Sequence record: SRR20825019_1641
Length of the DNA: 64,000 nt
Reading direction: 5' to 3' (one strand)
A program made the translations under genes and the position numbers. Below, piece after piece: positions 1 through 9,239 of the stretch (positions within the stretch are counted from its first letter, which is position 1; each line of letters begins with the position of its first letter). The notes beneath the pieces are model-generated. The model worked only from the letters and a program-made list of their open reading frames with translations, did no database searches and had not been told where the DNA came from.

Positions 1-36
1 CAAAACAGGTGCGCTACCAGGCTGCGCCACTCCCCG
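1..36 (-). tRNA. tRNA-Pro, 5' half only (cut by the window edge; anticodon probably UGG)
   Basis: The reverse complement CGGGGAGTGGCGCAGCCTGGTAGCGCACCTGTTTTG gives the acceptor 5' strand, D-arm and start of the anticodon arm typical of bacterial tRNA-Pro. Confidence 0.9.
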
Positions 37-46
37 ACGCCCGCGC

Positions 47-75
47 TTTCTAATGTTCAGCCGAGGGGAATGCAA
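47..75 (-). promoter_or_regulatory. Putative sigma70 promoter of tRNA-Pro
   Basis: On the minus strand, TTGCAT-17 nt-TAGAAA is followed by a GC-rich discriminator just before the tRNA. Confidence 0.55.
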
Positions 76-127
76 GAGGAAAAATGAAATTTTTGCGTCG
101 CTGACGCTTCCTCCACCTGACAGGCCC

Positions 128-556
128 TCAGGAATGAAGCTTTCTGCGGTATCTCGCTTTATTGGTGGGGTTGCTACCGTCTGGCAAATGTACCGTTTGC
201 AAGACATCCATGTGCATGCCGTCCGCATGCAGCAGCCGTGTGGCACGCATCAGCTCATTACCCTTGAAATAGGCGGACGATGTTAGTTCGCTGTCTGACG
301 GGGTGGACACTGAAAGTGCATCAGCAAGTTCCCCACCTGCAAAAGGCCTAAGGTCGCCATCAGGCATACCGGTGAAACTGTAATTGTGTTCTTCGCCGGT
401 AGAATCGGTCCATGTCATCTGGAAAAGGAGGCCATCTTTACATTCAGAGATAATATAGTGGCCACTTTGCGGAGGCTCGCTCTGCTCATACTCGCAGGTA
501 GAAGGCTCCAACTCCCATATTCCCAGGAAGTCAGCATAGAGTTTCTCGTCAGTCAT
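128..556 (-). CDS. Hypothetical protein (acidic, possibly a lipocalin-like beta-barrel)
   Basis: 142-aa ORF with an AGGA RBS, co-oriented with its neighbours; no clear family motif. Confidence 0.7.
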   Translation of the reverse strand: MTDEKLYADFLGIWELEPSTCEYEQSEPPQSGHYIISECKDGLLFQMTWTDSTGEEHNYSFTGMPDGDLRPFAGGELADALSVSTPSDSELTSSAYFKGNELMRATRLLHADGMHMDVLQTVHLPDGSNPTNKARYRRKLHS

Positions 557-601
557 ACATATCCTGCTTGTTGGTCTGAGCTTGAGATTCGTGGCGTCAG
601 C

Positions 602-1060
602 TTAACGAGACCGCAGCGCCTTGAAAAGCCCACTTGCCGTGGCAACGATGCGTTCGTCAACTTTCATGGTGCCGCTGACGGTAATCATGCCGTCACCCGC
701 CGGGTGTGCGGAGGCTCTACCATAAAGCCATTCACCCTCAAACGCTGGCCCGACGAAATCAGTTGTCATGCGCACCGTTACAAAGGGTGGTTCCGCCACT
801 TCAAACACAGCCGTTGCCAACAGGATATCTGCGAAGGTCATGATCATGCCGCCATGGCATGCGTCGCCAGCGTTGATGTGCTTTTCCGCCACCCGAAAGC
901 CGCGCGCCCGGCCGGAACCATCAACGCGTTCAAAGATAGGTCCATTTTCCCACCCGAAGGGACTGTTGGATAAAATAGGCTCAAACCCGGCTGGCGGGTT
1001 GGCGCGCGCGATCATCTCGGGCGTTGCCTTCCGGGGGTCGGCTTTCAGAGAGCCAACCAT
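602..1060 (-). CDS. PaaI-family thioesterase (hotdog fold)
   Basis: HIN...HGGMIMTFAD motif. Start moved to the ATG at 1060, directly after the DUF192 stop. Confidence 0.85.
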   Translation of the reverse strand: MVGSLKADPRKATPEMIARANPPAGFEPILSNSPFGWENGPIFERVDGSGRARGFRVAEKHINAGDACHGGMIMTFADILLATAVFEVAEPPFVTVRMTTDFVGPAFEGEWLYGRASAHPAGDGMITVSGTMKVDERIVATASGLFKALRSR

Positions 1061-1061
1061 C

Positions 1062-1559
1062 TCAACGCTGTTGCCAATTATCAATCAAGGGATGACGGAT
1101 ATAGTCGCCGGGCTCGATACCCAGTTCCTGAGCCCTGCCCCCGGCAATCTCAAAAACAGCAATCGCGCTGCCGATTGACTGGCGTGGTGTCTCAGTTCTC
1201 GGCCTCGCATCTCGCACAATGTTGAGGATTTTACCGTCGAGTCGGACGAAGATGATATCAAGCGGTATATAGGTGTTCCGCATCCAGAACGACCGCGGCG
1301 CGGAATCCTCAAACACAAAGAGCATGCCTTTATCGGGTGCAAGCTCAGTCCGGTACATCAGTCCATGGGCGCGCGCTTCCGGCGTGAGTGCCAGCTCAAC
1401 CGTGAAAGAATGTGCCCCGGTGTTGCTTTCAACAACAACAGGCTCAGGGCTTAAAGGTTGTGCAGGAGAGTTAGTGGTTCCGTCATCCGCCGCGCTACAG
1501 GCAGCGAGCGGCAGCAAAAACAAAAGCACGGCAGCATATATACCCCGTGCTTTATTCAT
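1062..1559 (-). CDS. DUF192 family exported protein (probable lipoprotein)
   Basis: GLMYR...GMLFVF...FWMRNTYIPLDIIF signature and LAAC lipobox; likely start MNKARG. Confidence 0.9.
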   Translation of the reverse strand: MNKARGIYAAVLLFLLPLAACSAADDGTTNSPAQPLSPEPVVVESNTGAHSFTVELALTPEARAHGLMYRTELAPDKGMLFVFEDSAPRSFWMRNTYIPLDIIFVRLDGKILNIVRDARPRTETPRQSIGSAIAVFEIAGGRAQELGIEPGDYIRHPLIDNWQQR

Positions 1560-1589
1560 TTCTGCTCTCCACCAAACGCTTAAAGCCAA

Positions 1590-2141
1590 TCAGGCATCAC
1601 CAGGCAAAGCAATTTGTGCCACCAGCGGCCCACGCTCGCCGGTACCAATACGCACGCGCACCTCTTGCGCAGGCTCAAGGTCGGTCAAGCCAGCGCGGCG
1701 CAACGTCTCGATATGTACAAAAATATCCTGCGTACCCTCACCGCGAGATACAAAGCCGTATCCCTTGGTGCGATTGAACCACTTGACGATCACGTCTTCA
1801 AACTCAGGCGAGACGTCAATATCCATACCTGGGTGCGAAAATGATGAGCGGCCCAGATCTTCAGGCGCAACAGCTGTGGAAAGGTCGAGGGATTGCACGC
1901 GGGTGGCCTGGCGGCCCTTGTCGCGAATAACAGCCTCGCAAATAACGGTGGTGCCTTCCGGCACAGAACGGCGTCCAACATTGCGCAACACAGAAAAGTG
2001 CAACAGCACGTCCCCATCTTCATCGTCCGGGACGATAAAGCCGTAACCCTTTACAGCATCAAACCATTTGACCCTGCCGGTTACCTGTTGGCCAATTTCT
2101 TCGGGCCGTTCCTCAGAACAGATCGTACTACGGCCGTCCAT
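1590..2141 (-). CDS. Cold-shock protein with two CSD domains
   Basis: Two VKWF..KGYGF and DV/IF.H RNP motifs. Confidence 0.92.
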   Translation of the reverse strand: MDGRSTICSEERPEEIGQQVTGRVKWFDAVKGYGFIVPDDEDGDVLLHFSVLRNVGRRSVPEGTTVICEAVIRDKGRQATRVQSLDLSTAVAPEDLGRSSFSHPGMDIDVSPEFEDVIVKWFNRTKGYGFVSRGEGTQDIFVHIETLRRAGLTDLEPAQEVRVRIGTGERGPLVAQIALPGDA

Positions 2142-2209
2142 ACTATTCCCCCCTTAGGAATTCCACGCACAAGCACTAAAGATAGTAAAATTTTGATTAT
2201 GCTAGTCAT

Positions 2210-2247
2210 AAAAAACAGCGCCCGCAACTATTTTGTCACGGGCGCTG
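2210..2247 (-). terminator. Intrinsic terminator after nhaB
   Basis: CAGCGCCCG...CGGGCGCTG stem followed by a T-run on the minus strand. Confidence 0.75.
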
Positions 2248-2277
2248 CCACTCAAGCTATTGTTTAGCTAGCGATTT

Positions 2278-3867
2278 TTAGTGTTCACCGGCATCCCGAG
2301 CCTGACCAACCTTCTCATGATGGTGCTCGATATAATGGTTTTCATACAACTTTTCCGTCATCGGCTCGAGGAATTTTGCCACCCCGATATACCCCACGAT
2401 GGACATAACGATAGTGTATGGCAGCGCCATTTTCACCATTGTCATGTAGGAAAGGCGGATCAGCGGCGCAAGCGCACTGGTAAGCAAGAACAGGAATGCA
2501 GCTTGCCCGTTCGGCGTTGCAACACTTGGAATGTTGGTACCTGTGTTGATTGCAACAGCCATCAGGTCGAACGTGTCACGTGATATAACATCGTTGGCTA
2601 ATGCCGTCGTCATTTCACTAATGTAAACCGTAGCAACGAAGACGTTATCCGATATCGCGGACAAGAAACCATTTGCAATGTATAGCGCAGTGATCTGGCC
2701 GTGCCCGTCGAGACCAAGTACGAAGTTGGTGACTGGTGCAAAAAGGCCATTGTCTGCAATAACGCCCACAATCGTGAAGAATACAACGAGCAGCGCGGTA
2801 AACGGCAGCGCTTCTTCAAACGCATGGCCAATCTGATGCTCTTCCGTAATCCCTGTGAAGGCTGAGGCAAGAACGATGACCGACAGGCCAATCACACCAA
2901 CGGGTGCGAAATGGAACAGAAGGGCAATAATAAGCCAGACGCCAACCAGACCCTGCACAATAAGCGAAGCGTTGTCGCGAGACGTGCGGCGTTCGCTTGT
3001 GTAAGCATCGTAATCAACAATGATATTCAGAACCTTCGGTGGCACTTTTGCGCCATAGCCCAGAATACCGGTGATTTCAAGCAACACACACGTGGTAAGG
3101 CCTGCTATCAGGACAGGCAATGTAACAGGCAGCATTCGGAAGAAGAATTCCATGAACTCCCAGTTAGCTTGGGTACCGATGAGAATGTTCTGCGGCTCAC
3201 CAACGATGGTCATAACACCGCCGAGCGCTGTACCAACGGCAGCGTGCATCATCAGGCTACGCAGGAAGGCACGGAAACCCTCAAGATCTTCCTCATTCAA
3301 CTTATCAAGCTCACCATCATGCATGTGGTCATGATCATGGTGGAACTCTTTGCCAGATGCCACCTTGTGGTAGATCGAATAAAAACCAACCGAAATTGCA
3401 ATGATAACAGCGGTCACTGTCAGCGCATCAAGGAAGGCAGACAGGAAAGCGGCCATAAAGCAGAAAATCAGTGAGAGTAGCACCTTGTTTCGCACCTTTA
3501 CCAAAATTTTGGTGAAGACGAAAAGGAGCATATTCTTCATGAAGTAGATGCCCGCCACCATGAAGACGAGAAGCAGGATAACCTCAAGGTTCGCTTCAAT
3601 TTCATGCTTCAGCGTATCCGGCGAGGTCATGCCAATAATGACGGCTTCAAACGCCAGCAAACCACCGGGCTGCAACGGATAACACTTCAATGCCATCGCA
3701 AGTGTGAAGATAAACTCAAGCACAAGCGCCCAGCCCGCTACATATGGATTAACCATATAGAACAGGATCGGGTTGATAATCAGAAAGGCCAGAATGGTAA
3801 GCTTATACCACTCGGCCGAGTTCCCCAGGAAGTTCCTCCCTGCCGGATTCGCAAAAAGCGACGCCAT
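2278..3867 (-). CDS. nhaB: Na+/H+ antiporter NhaB
   Basis: NFLG..PEWYK-like N-terminus, [30 protein letters not shown] and [15 protein letters not shown] motifs. Confidence 0.95.
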   Translation of the reverse strand: MASLFANPAGRNFLGNSAEWYKLTILAFLIINPILFYMVNPYVAGWALVLEFIFTLAMALKCYPLQPGGLLAFEAVIIGMTSPDTLKHEIEANLEVILLLVFMVAGIYFMKNMLLFVFTKILVKVRNKVLLSLIFCFMAAFLSAFLDALTVTAVIIAISVGFYSIYHKVASGKEFHHDHDHMHDGELDKLNEEDLEGFRAFLRSLMMHAAVGTALGGVMTIVGEPQNILIGTQANWEFMEFFFRMLPVTLPVLIAGLTTCVLLEITGILGYGAKVPPKVLNIIVDYDAYTSERRTSRDNASLIVQGLVGVWLIIALLFHFAPVGVIGLSVIVLASAFTGITEEHQIGHAFEEALPFTALLVVFFTIVGVIADNGLFAPVTNFVLGLDGHGQITALYIANGFLSAISDNVFVATVYISEMTTALANDVISRDTFDLMAVAINTGTNIPSVATPNGQAAFLFLLTSALAPLIRLSYMTMVKMALPYTIVMSIVGYIGVAKFLEPMTEKLYENHYIEHHHEKVGQARDAGEH

Positions 3868-4056
3868 AATAAATCCCTCTTGACTGTTAGCCCCAATATT
3901 CAGGCAATACTGAGCATGCTTTTATAGCTCAGAATAACCCAAATCAAGCCAAACCGGGCAAAACCGTACCTAGTACTTAAGCTGACCTTGCCCCGGCACG
4001 CTTTGGCCATTACCGTTTCCACATAATTATATGACAGCATAAGATATACACCGACT

Positions 4057-5007
4057 ATGAAAGATATAATAACCCATCTGCTTGGAAGCCTGAAGGCGGA
4101 CCACCGGGCCACTCTCGCCGTTGTCACTAAAACCTGGGGCTCGGCACCGCGGCAGGTCGGCAGCATGATGCTGGTGCGCGCAGACGGAACCTTCGAAGGC
4201 TCAGTTTCTGGTGGATGCGTTGAGGGCACCGTGATCGCAGAAGCCCAAGCTCTTCTGAGAGATGGCGGACATAAGGAGCTTTCCTTCGCTGTCTCAAACC
4301 AGGATGCTTTCGCTGTTGGTCTCGCCTGCGGCGGTGAAATCAACATTTCGCTTTTTGCGCTCACGGATACTGACACTGATGCATGCAAAAAATGCCTCGA
4401 AGCCCTCACGCACCGGGCGTCGGGCTCTCTTGTCTTTTCGAAGTCGCCTGTACGAGCAACATACACACACACCGCGCTGCAAGCTGTACGCGCTTCAGAA
4501 TCAGACCTATCTCTTCCGGTGCTACCATGTCTGCGCCTTGATATCATCGGCGCCGTTCATATTGCGCAAGCGCTGGCCCCTATGGCTTCAGAATGTGGCT
4601 TTGAGATAAATGTGATTGACCCGCGTCAGGCCTTTACAGACAACCGCACCTTCACAGGCGCAGCTGTCATCAACAACTGGCCGGATGAGCATTTCAGTAC
4701 GACGCCACCTGATAGCATGACAGCTGTGGTCACTCTGACGCACGATCCGAAACTTGATGACGCGGCGCTCCTGCCTGCGCTGAACAGCGAAGCATTTTAC
4801 ATCGGCTGCTTGGGCAGCAAAAAGACACACTCTGCAAGACTTAGTCGCCTTGAAGCACCTGGCATTGCGGAAGACGCACGCACAGCGATCAGTGGGCCTG
4901 TAGGACTGGATATAGGGGCAAAAACACCCGCTGAGATCGCTGTCTCCATTTTGGCTGAGATAATTGCAGCATATCGCTCAAAAGGAACCACCACCCGTGC
5001 GATTTGA
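4057..5007 (+). CDS. xdhC: XdhC/CoxI family molybdo-enzyme maturation factor
   Basis: TWGSAPR, GSVSGGCVE, GLACGG, LTHDPKLDD, YIGCLGS and EIAVSILAE motifs. Confidence 0.92.
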   Translation: MKDIITHLLGSLKADHRATLAVVTKTWGSAPRQVGSMMLVRADGTFEGSVSGGCVEGTVIAEAQALLRDGGHKELSFAVSNQDAFAVGLACGGEINISLFALTDTDTDACKKCLEALTHRASGSLVFSKSPVRATYTHTALQAVRASESDLSLPVLPCLRLDIIGAVHIAQALAPMASECGFEINVIDPRQAFTDNRTFTGAAVINNWPDEHFSTTPPDSMTAVVTLTHDPKLDDAALLPALNSEAFYIGCLGSKKTHSARLSRLEAPGIAEDARTAISGPVGLDIGAKTPAEIAVSILAEIIAAYRSKGTTTRAI

Positions 5008-6586
5008 AGAAATTCACCCTAATAACGCAGTCGGCTGGCGCCTGGCCCACAGCGTAAAGGTTGGCGAAAAGCGCATTGGCAAGGGCACCAAACTGTCAGA
5101 AGCCATCGCCCTTCAAATCTCAGACGCTGGCATTAACAGTGTCCATGCCTATGTGCTTGAAGACGGTGATATCAATGAGGATGACGCCGCTCGCGCGGTT
5201 GCCACACATTGTTGCGGCACAAATGTAGATTTGGGCCTTGCTACCAAGGGGCGCTGCAACCTTCACGCGGCCCACACCGGTCTGGTGCAGGTGGAAGACG
5301 GCATCAACGTGTTGAACCTGCAAGATGAAGCTATTACTATCGCCACTCTTCCCGCTTTCGCGCCTGTTAAACAGGGGCAATTGATTGCAACCGCAAAAAT
5401 CATCCCCTATGCGGCGAAGCAGGAACAGCTTGATGCTGCACTGGCAGCACCAGCCAAAATCTCAATTGCACCATTCCGCAATTTTTCCGCCGCCCTCCTG
5501 AGTTCTGGCAGCGCCTTGCCAGACAAGACACGAAAACTGACTGAAGCCCGACTGGCAGGTGTACTTGGCAATATCACCACGTATAAGCAGTGTGCTCACA
5601 AACTTGATGATGTCGCCCAGCAAATCAAAGTATTGGCTAGTGGGCCACACGACCTGATCCTGCTTTTGGGTTTGGCCGCCATCAGCGACAGGCGCGATGT
5701 CTTGCCAGCAGCACTTAAAGCCGCAGGCGGTGAAATCATACAGCTCGGCATGCCTGTGGACCCAGGAAACCTCCTGATGATTGGCCAAATCGAGAACAAA
5801 ATGGTTCTGGGCCTGCCTGGATGTGCACGCTCCCCCGCCCTCAATGGCCTTGACTGGGTTTTGGAACGCTTCTCGGCTGGTCTTCCAATTGATGCGTCGA
5901 CAATACGCAACATGGGCATTGGAGGGTTACTGAAGGAGGCCCCGCAACGTGGCGAGCCTCGGGCACCACGGCAAGACAGCGAGGTTGACGCCAGCACCAT
6001 TGTTCTTGCGGCAGGGAAATCCAGCCGCGCACGCGGCGCAAACAAGCTGCTTTCCAAACTGAACGGCAAACCCGTTGTCATGACCACGGTGTCAGGGGTT
6101 CTAGCCGCCAACAAAAGCATTACCGTCGTTGTGACAGGTCATGACCATAAGGCAGTCAATGATGCGCTCAGCGGTTATGATGTAAAGCTGGTGCACAACG
6201 CCGCTTATGGGGACGGCATGGCAGGCAGCCTGAAGCTCGGCCTTACGCAGCTACCAGACCACGCGAATTTCACCTTCATATGCCTCGCAGATATGCCTTT
6301 CATACGCTCTGAGACATATGGGGCCCTCAAGGCCTGTGCCCAGCGCATCGGTGAGGCCCGCATCTTTGTGCCCACTTATAGCGGCAAGCGCGGGCACCCT
6401 ATTTTGTGGCACCGCGATATGTTCGCTGCTCTCTGCGGCATCTCCGGCGACACTGGCGGCAAACATGTTATTCACGAAAACGAGCATCTTGTATGTGAAG
6501 TGCCGGTGGATGACCCCGGCATCCTGATTGATCTGGATACACCCGAGGCATTGGCGCAGTTTGGCATCAGCCCCATTAAGGACTGA
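4997..6586 (+). CDS. Molybdopterin-binding domain fused to a MocA-like Moco cytidylyltransferase
   Basis: N-terminal GMPVDPGNLL/GLPGCARSP and C-terminal IVLAAGKSSR...NKLL, LADMP, GHP and DLDTPE. The GTG start overlaps the end of xdhC. Confidence 0.88.
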   Translation: MRFEEIHPNNAVGWRLAHSVKVGEKRIGKGTKLSEAIALQISDAGINSVHAYVLEDGDINEDDAARAVATHCCGTNVDLGLATKGRCNLHAAHTGLVQVEDGINVLNLQDEAITIATLPAFAPVKQGQLIATAKIIPYAAKQEQLDAALAAPAKISIAPFRNFSAALLSSGSALPDKTRKLTEARLAGVLGNITTYKQCAHKLDDVAQQIKVLASGPHDLILLLGLAAISDRRDVLPAALKAAGGEIIQLGMPVDPGNLLMIGQIENKMVLGLPGCARSPALNGLDWVLERFSAGLPIDASTIRNMGIGGLLKEAPQRGEPRAPRQDSEVDASTIVLAAGKSSRARGANKLLSKLNGKPVVMTTVSGVLAANKSITVVVTGHDHKAVNDALSGYDVKLVHNAAYGDGMAGSLKLGLTQLPDHANFTFICLADMPFIRSETYGALKACAQRIGEARIFVPTYSGKRGHPILWHRDMFAALCGISGDTGGKHVIHENEHLVCEVPVDDPGILIDLDTPEALAQFGISPIKD

Positions 6587-6622
6587 TGCCAACGCCCGGA
6601 GAGCGATAAATCAGGAGGCCAT

Positions 6623-9028
6623 CTAAAATGGCAGGTTCGCTCTCAAGAGAAGTGCAGCGGCCTGCCCTGCGCGATGCCCAGGGTTCTGCTGCAGCAATAT
6701 GTTTGCCTGCAGTGACAGGCCGGAATGATGTTTCTGCATTTCATAGGTAATTTCAGTGTCGAGCTGGCGCTTTGACGGTGCCAAGGCACCGATAACGCGC
6801 TCAAACGTCAGTTCGCGGGTGTCTGCTGTCTGGCCCGTGGGCAAATATGCAAGCAGTTCCCCCGAGCGTGCCCGAAGAGGCTGCGAGAAAGAAAATCCAA
6901 GTCGGTCACCATCAGACACTATATTCCTTGTGCTAAGCTCAACGGCGAAAGCGTCAGTGTGTATGGCTGAAATACCCTCTACAAAACCACCAACGGGAAC
7001 ATCAACTGACGACACGCCGTAGGAGTACCGGGCAACCATCTGCCACCCATGCGCAAACTGGTATCGCCCATAAAGCGCCGCATACACCGTTGTGGCATTA
7101 TTTCCGAAATTAAGCGCGCCTTGTCCTATTGCCCCAAGGAAAGAGCCACTTTCGCGCAAGACCCCTGCATCCATACCCAGCGCATAACCTTCTGCTCGCA
7201 CTGCGGCGCCAGCGGTAACTGCATAAGCCTCAGTGTTTTCGGCTGGAGCATCAAATAGTGTTGAGTGGTTTGGCTCGACATCAAACCGGGAAACCGCGAA
7301 GGAATAGTTCCATTTGTTTTTGCTATCGCTATTCAGCGCCATGCCAAGGGCGCCATCAAACAGGCTCGCATAGGCATCTGACCGCACACCATTGTCACTC
7401 AACCGAGCTTGTGGATCGTCCATCCCGAAAGAGGTAAACAAGCCTGCCCCGCCTGTTGCTGTTGAAACCCGCATATCAAGACCGGCAGAAATCGCTTTCG
7501 AAAAACTGAAAGCAACGTTACGCGCCGTGCCCACTCCAGTCCGAGCCACATAGGGCAGCGCATCTTCCAGTGCCTCGTTACGTCGCGTTGGAGCCATGAA
7601 AGAGAAATTCATATGACCGATGCCATCCAGCGCCACAGATGAACTACTGCTTGAAATGAAGGTATTCAGACGGTGTTCCACCAGCGCCCTGGCATCCCTG
7701 TATTGCACTTGGGAGTGCATGTTCTGCCGATATGCGCGGCGATAGCCGTCAAGCATTGACACAGAGCCAAAAGCTGGCATCGCCGATACAGCGTCACCAA
7801 AGACGGGAGAGAGAGAAAGCACACTGCCACTAAGAGCCACTTCTCGTCCGTCTCTCGTTCGGCTTGCCGTCACCCCCATTGGAGCAAGCGCCCGCTCCAC
7901 GTTGATCAGCCCCTGGCCATAAATTTCATCACTGCCCGCAGCCCCAAGGTCGGTTGTGCTGGCCAACAGTATCTCACCAACTTCTTTGGCCGTGAGATTG
8001 GGAAACGCCTGCATCAGCAGCGCGGCGGCTCCCGCAACGTGTGGCCCGGCGAACGATGTGCCGTCTGAGGTACTTCCCCAGGGGTTCCGACCTTCCCTGA
8101 AACCGTGTATCGGGAGCGTCGTTGTCACACCACTTGGTGCGACCACAAAGTAATCCTGTGCGTAACCGGCTTTATTGGAGCGATCAAAAATTGTCTGATC
8201 ACGATCGACGGCGCCTACAACCAATACAGCGTTCTGGTTGCCATCCTTCAGCCCAAGCTGGGATATGAAGGCCGTTGGCGCACTGCCAAACTCATTGCCC
8301 GCAGGAATAACGATGAGCATACCTGCATCGATGGCCTTCTGGAACGCCTCCCGCACCGATGCCAGATATTCCTCCGGCACATAAAATTCCTCAGCTATCT
8401 GGTTATCGGCTCCGGCATATTGATTGGAGTTTTCATCCCAGAACGCCCATTCTACCATTAATATGCGCGCGTCATTCGCAATAGCGTGGTCGATGGCGTC
8501 CGGCACGGCGGCAAGGTTGATATCCTTCCCACCCCAACTCGCCAACTCGGGCAGGTCCATTCTGAGGGCCAGTATCTGTGCCTCCGGTGCTACCCCGTGG
8601 GTACCTTGATCATTGCGTTCCGCCGCAATAATGCCCGCTGTCATGGTCCCGTGTATGGTTGGGGTAATGATGTTCGGGTTTTCGGATATGTCATAAAGCG
8701 TGTCGTCAAACAGCGCACCATCATTGCCGCCAAAATCCTTGCTTTCCGGGTGAATGTTGGCATCCAAATCCGGGTGCAGCACATCAACGCTCGAATCCAT
8801 CAAAGCTACAGTGACGCCAGCGCCAGTGAGTCCATCGTCGTAGGCTGCGAGTGCGCCGATCTCACCAAGGCCAGGGTTTTCCCTATACTCAGTAGTATTG
8901 TAGCTGGGCGCCTGAGGCGGCTCGGGTGTAGAAGGAGTTGGGGGAGCGACCGTCGCACCGCCCCCTCCCCCGCAGGCCGCCACAGACAGCCCAAGCACAA
9001 GACCGAAACAAATTTTCACCGATGTCAC
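6623..9028 (-). CDS. S8 (subtilisin-like) serine peptidase, lipoprotein with an autotransporter-like C-terminal beta-domain
   Basis: Catalytic triad VALMDSS / HGTMTAG / GTSFAGPHVAG and lipobox SVAAC followed by a Gly/Pro linker. The C-terminus has amphipathic beta-strands and ends in Phe. The GTG at 9028 has a GGGAGAG RBS (ORF track start is 9106). Confidence 0.88.
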   Translation of the reverse strand: MTSVKICFGLVLGLSVAACGGGGGATVAPPTPSTPEPPQAPSYNTTEYRENPGLGEIGALAAYDDGLTGAGVTVALMDSSVDVLHPDLDANIHPESKDFGGNDGALFDDTLYDISENPNIITPTIHGTMTAGIIAAERNDQGTHGVAPEAQILALRMDLPELASWGGKDINLAAVPDAIDHAIANDARILMVEWAFWDENSNQYAGADNQIAEEFYVPEEYLASVREAFQKAIDAGMLIVIPAGNEFGSAPTAFISQLGLKDGNQNAVLVVGAVDRDQTIFDRSNKAGYAQDYFVVAPSGVTTTLPIHGFREGRNPWGSTSDGTSFAGPHVAGAAALLMQAFPNLTAKEVGEILLASTTDLGAAGSDEIYGQGLINVERALAPMGVTASRTRDGREVALSGSVLSLSPVFGDAVSAMPAFGSVSMLDGYRRAYRQNMHSQVQYRDARALVEHRLNTFISSSSSSVALDGIGHMNFSFMAPTRRNEALEDALPYVARTGVGTARNVAFSFSKAISAGLDMRVSTATGGAGLFTSFGMDDPQARLSDNGVRSDAYASLFDGALGMALNSDSKNKWNYSFAVSRFDVEPNHSTLFDAPAENTEAYAVTAGAAVRAEGYALGMDAGVLRESGSFLGAIGQGALNFGNNATTVYAALYGRYQFAHGWQMVARYSYGVSSVDVPVGGFVEGISAIHTDAFAVELSTRNIVSDGDRLGFSFSQPLRARSGELLAYLPTGQTADTRELTFERVIGALAPSKRQLDTEITYEMQKHHSGLSLQANILLQQNPGHRAGQAAALLLRANLPF

Positions 9029-9104
9029 TCGCTCTCTCCCCGCGCCGCACCAAGTTGATATGCTGCCGAAGATAGAGAAATCTGAGCTGCAAAGCCTGAC
9101 GAAC

Positions 9105-9181
9105 ACGTAAGGAAAACGTAAGGATATCGCTCAAGTTGCCCTGGGTTGACGCGGGAAACCTTGAATTTATAACCAAGGTTT
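9105..9181. promoter_or_regulatory. Divergent control region: ACGTAAGGA direct repeat (11-bp period), sigma70-like TTGACG-N16-TATAAC and AAACCTTG-N10-CAAGGTTT inverted repeat
   Basis: Direct repeats at 9105-9113 and 9116-9124; -35/-10 at 9146-9151 and 9168-9173; inverted repeat at 9156-9181. Confidence 0.55.
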
Positions 9182-9239
9182 ATTTCAGATATTCGGGAGC
9201 ACGATCTACTCTAGGCACAACAGCAGGGAGGCTGGATCG

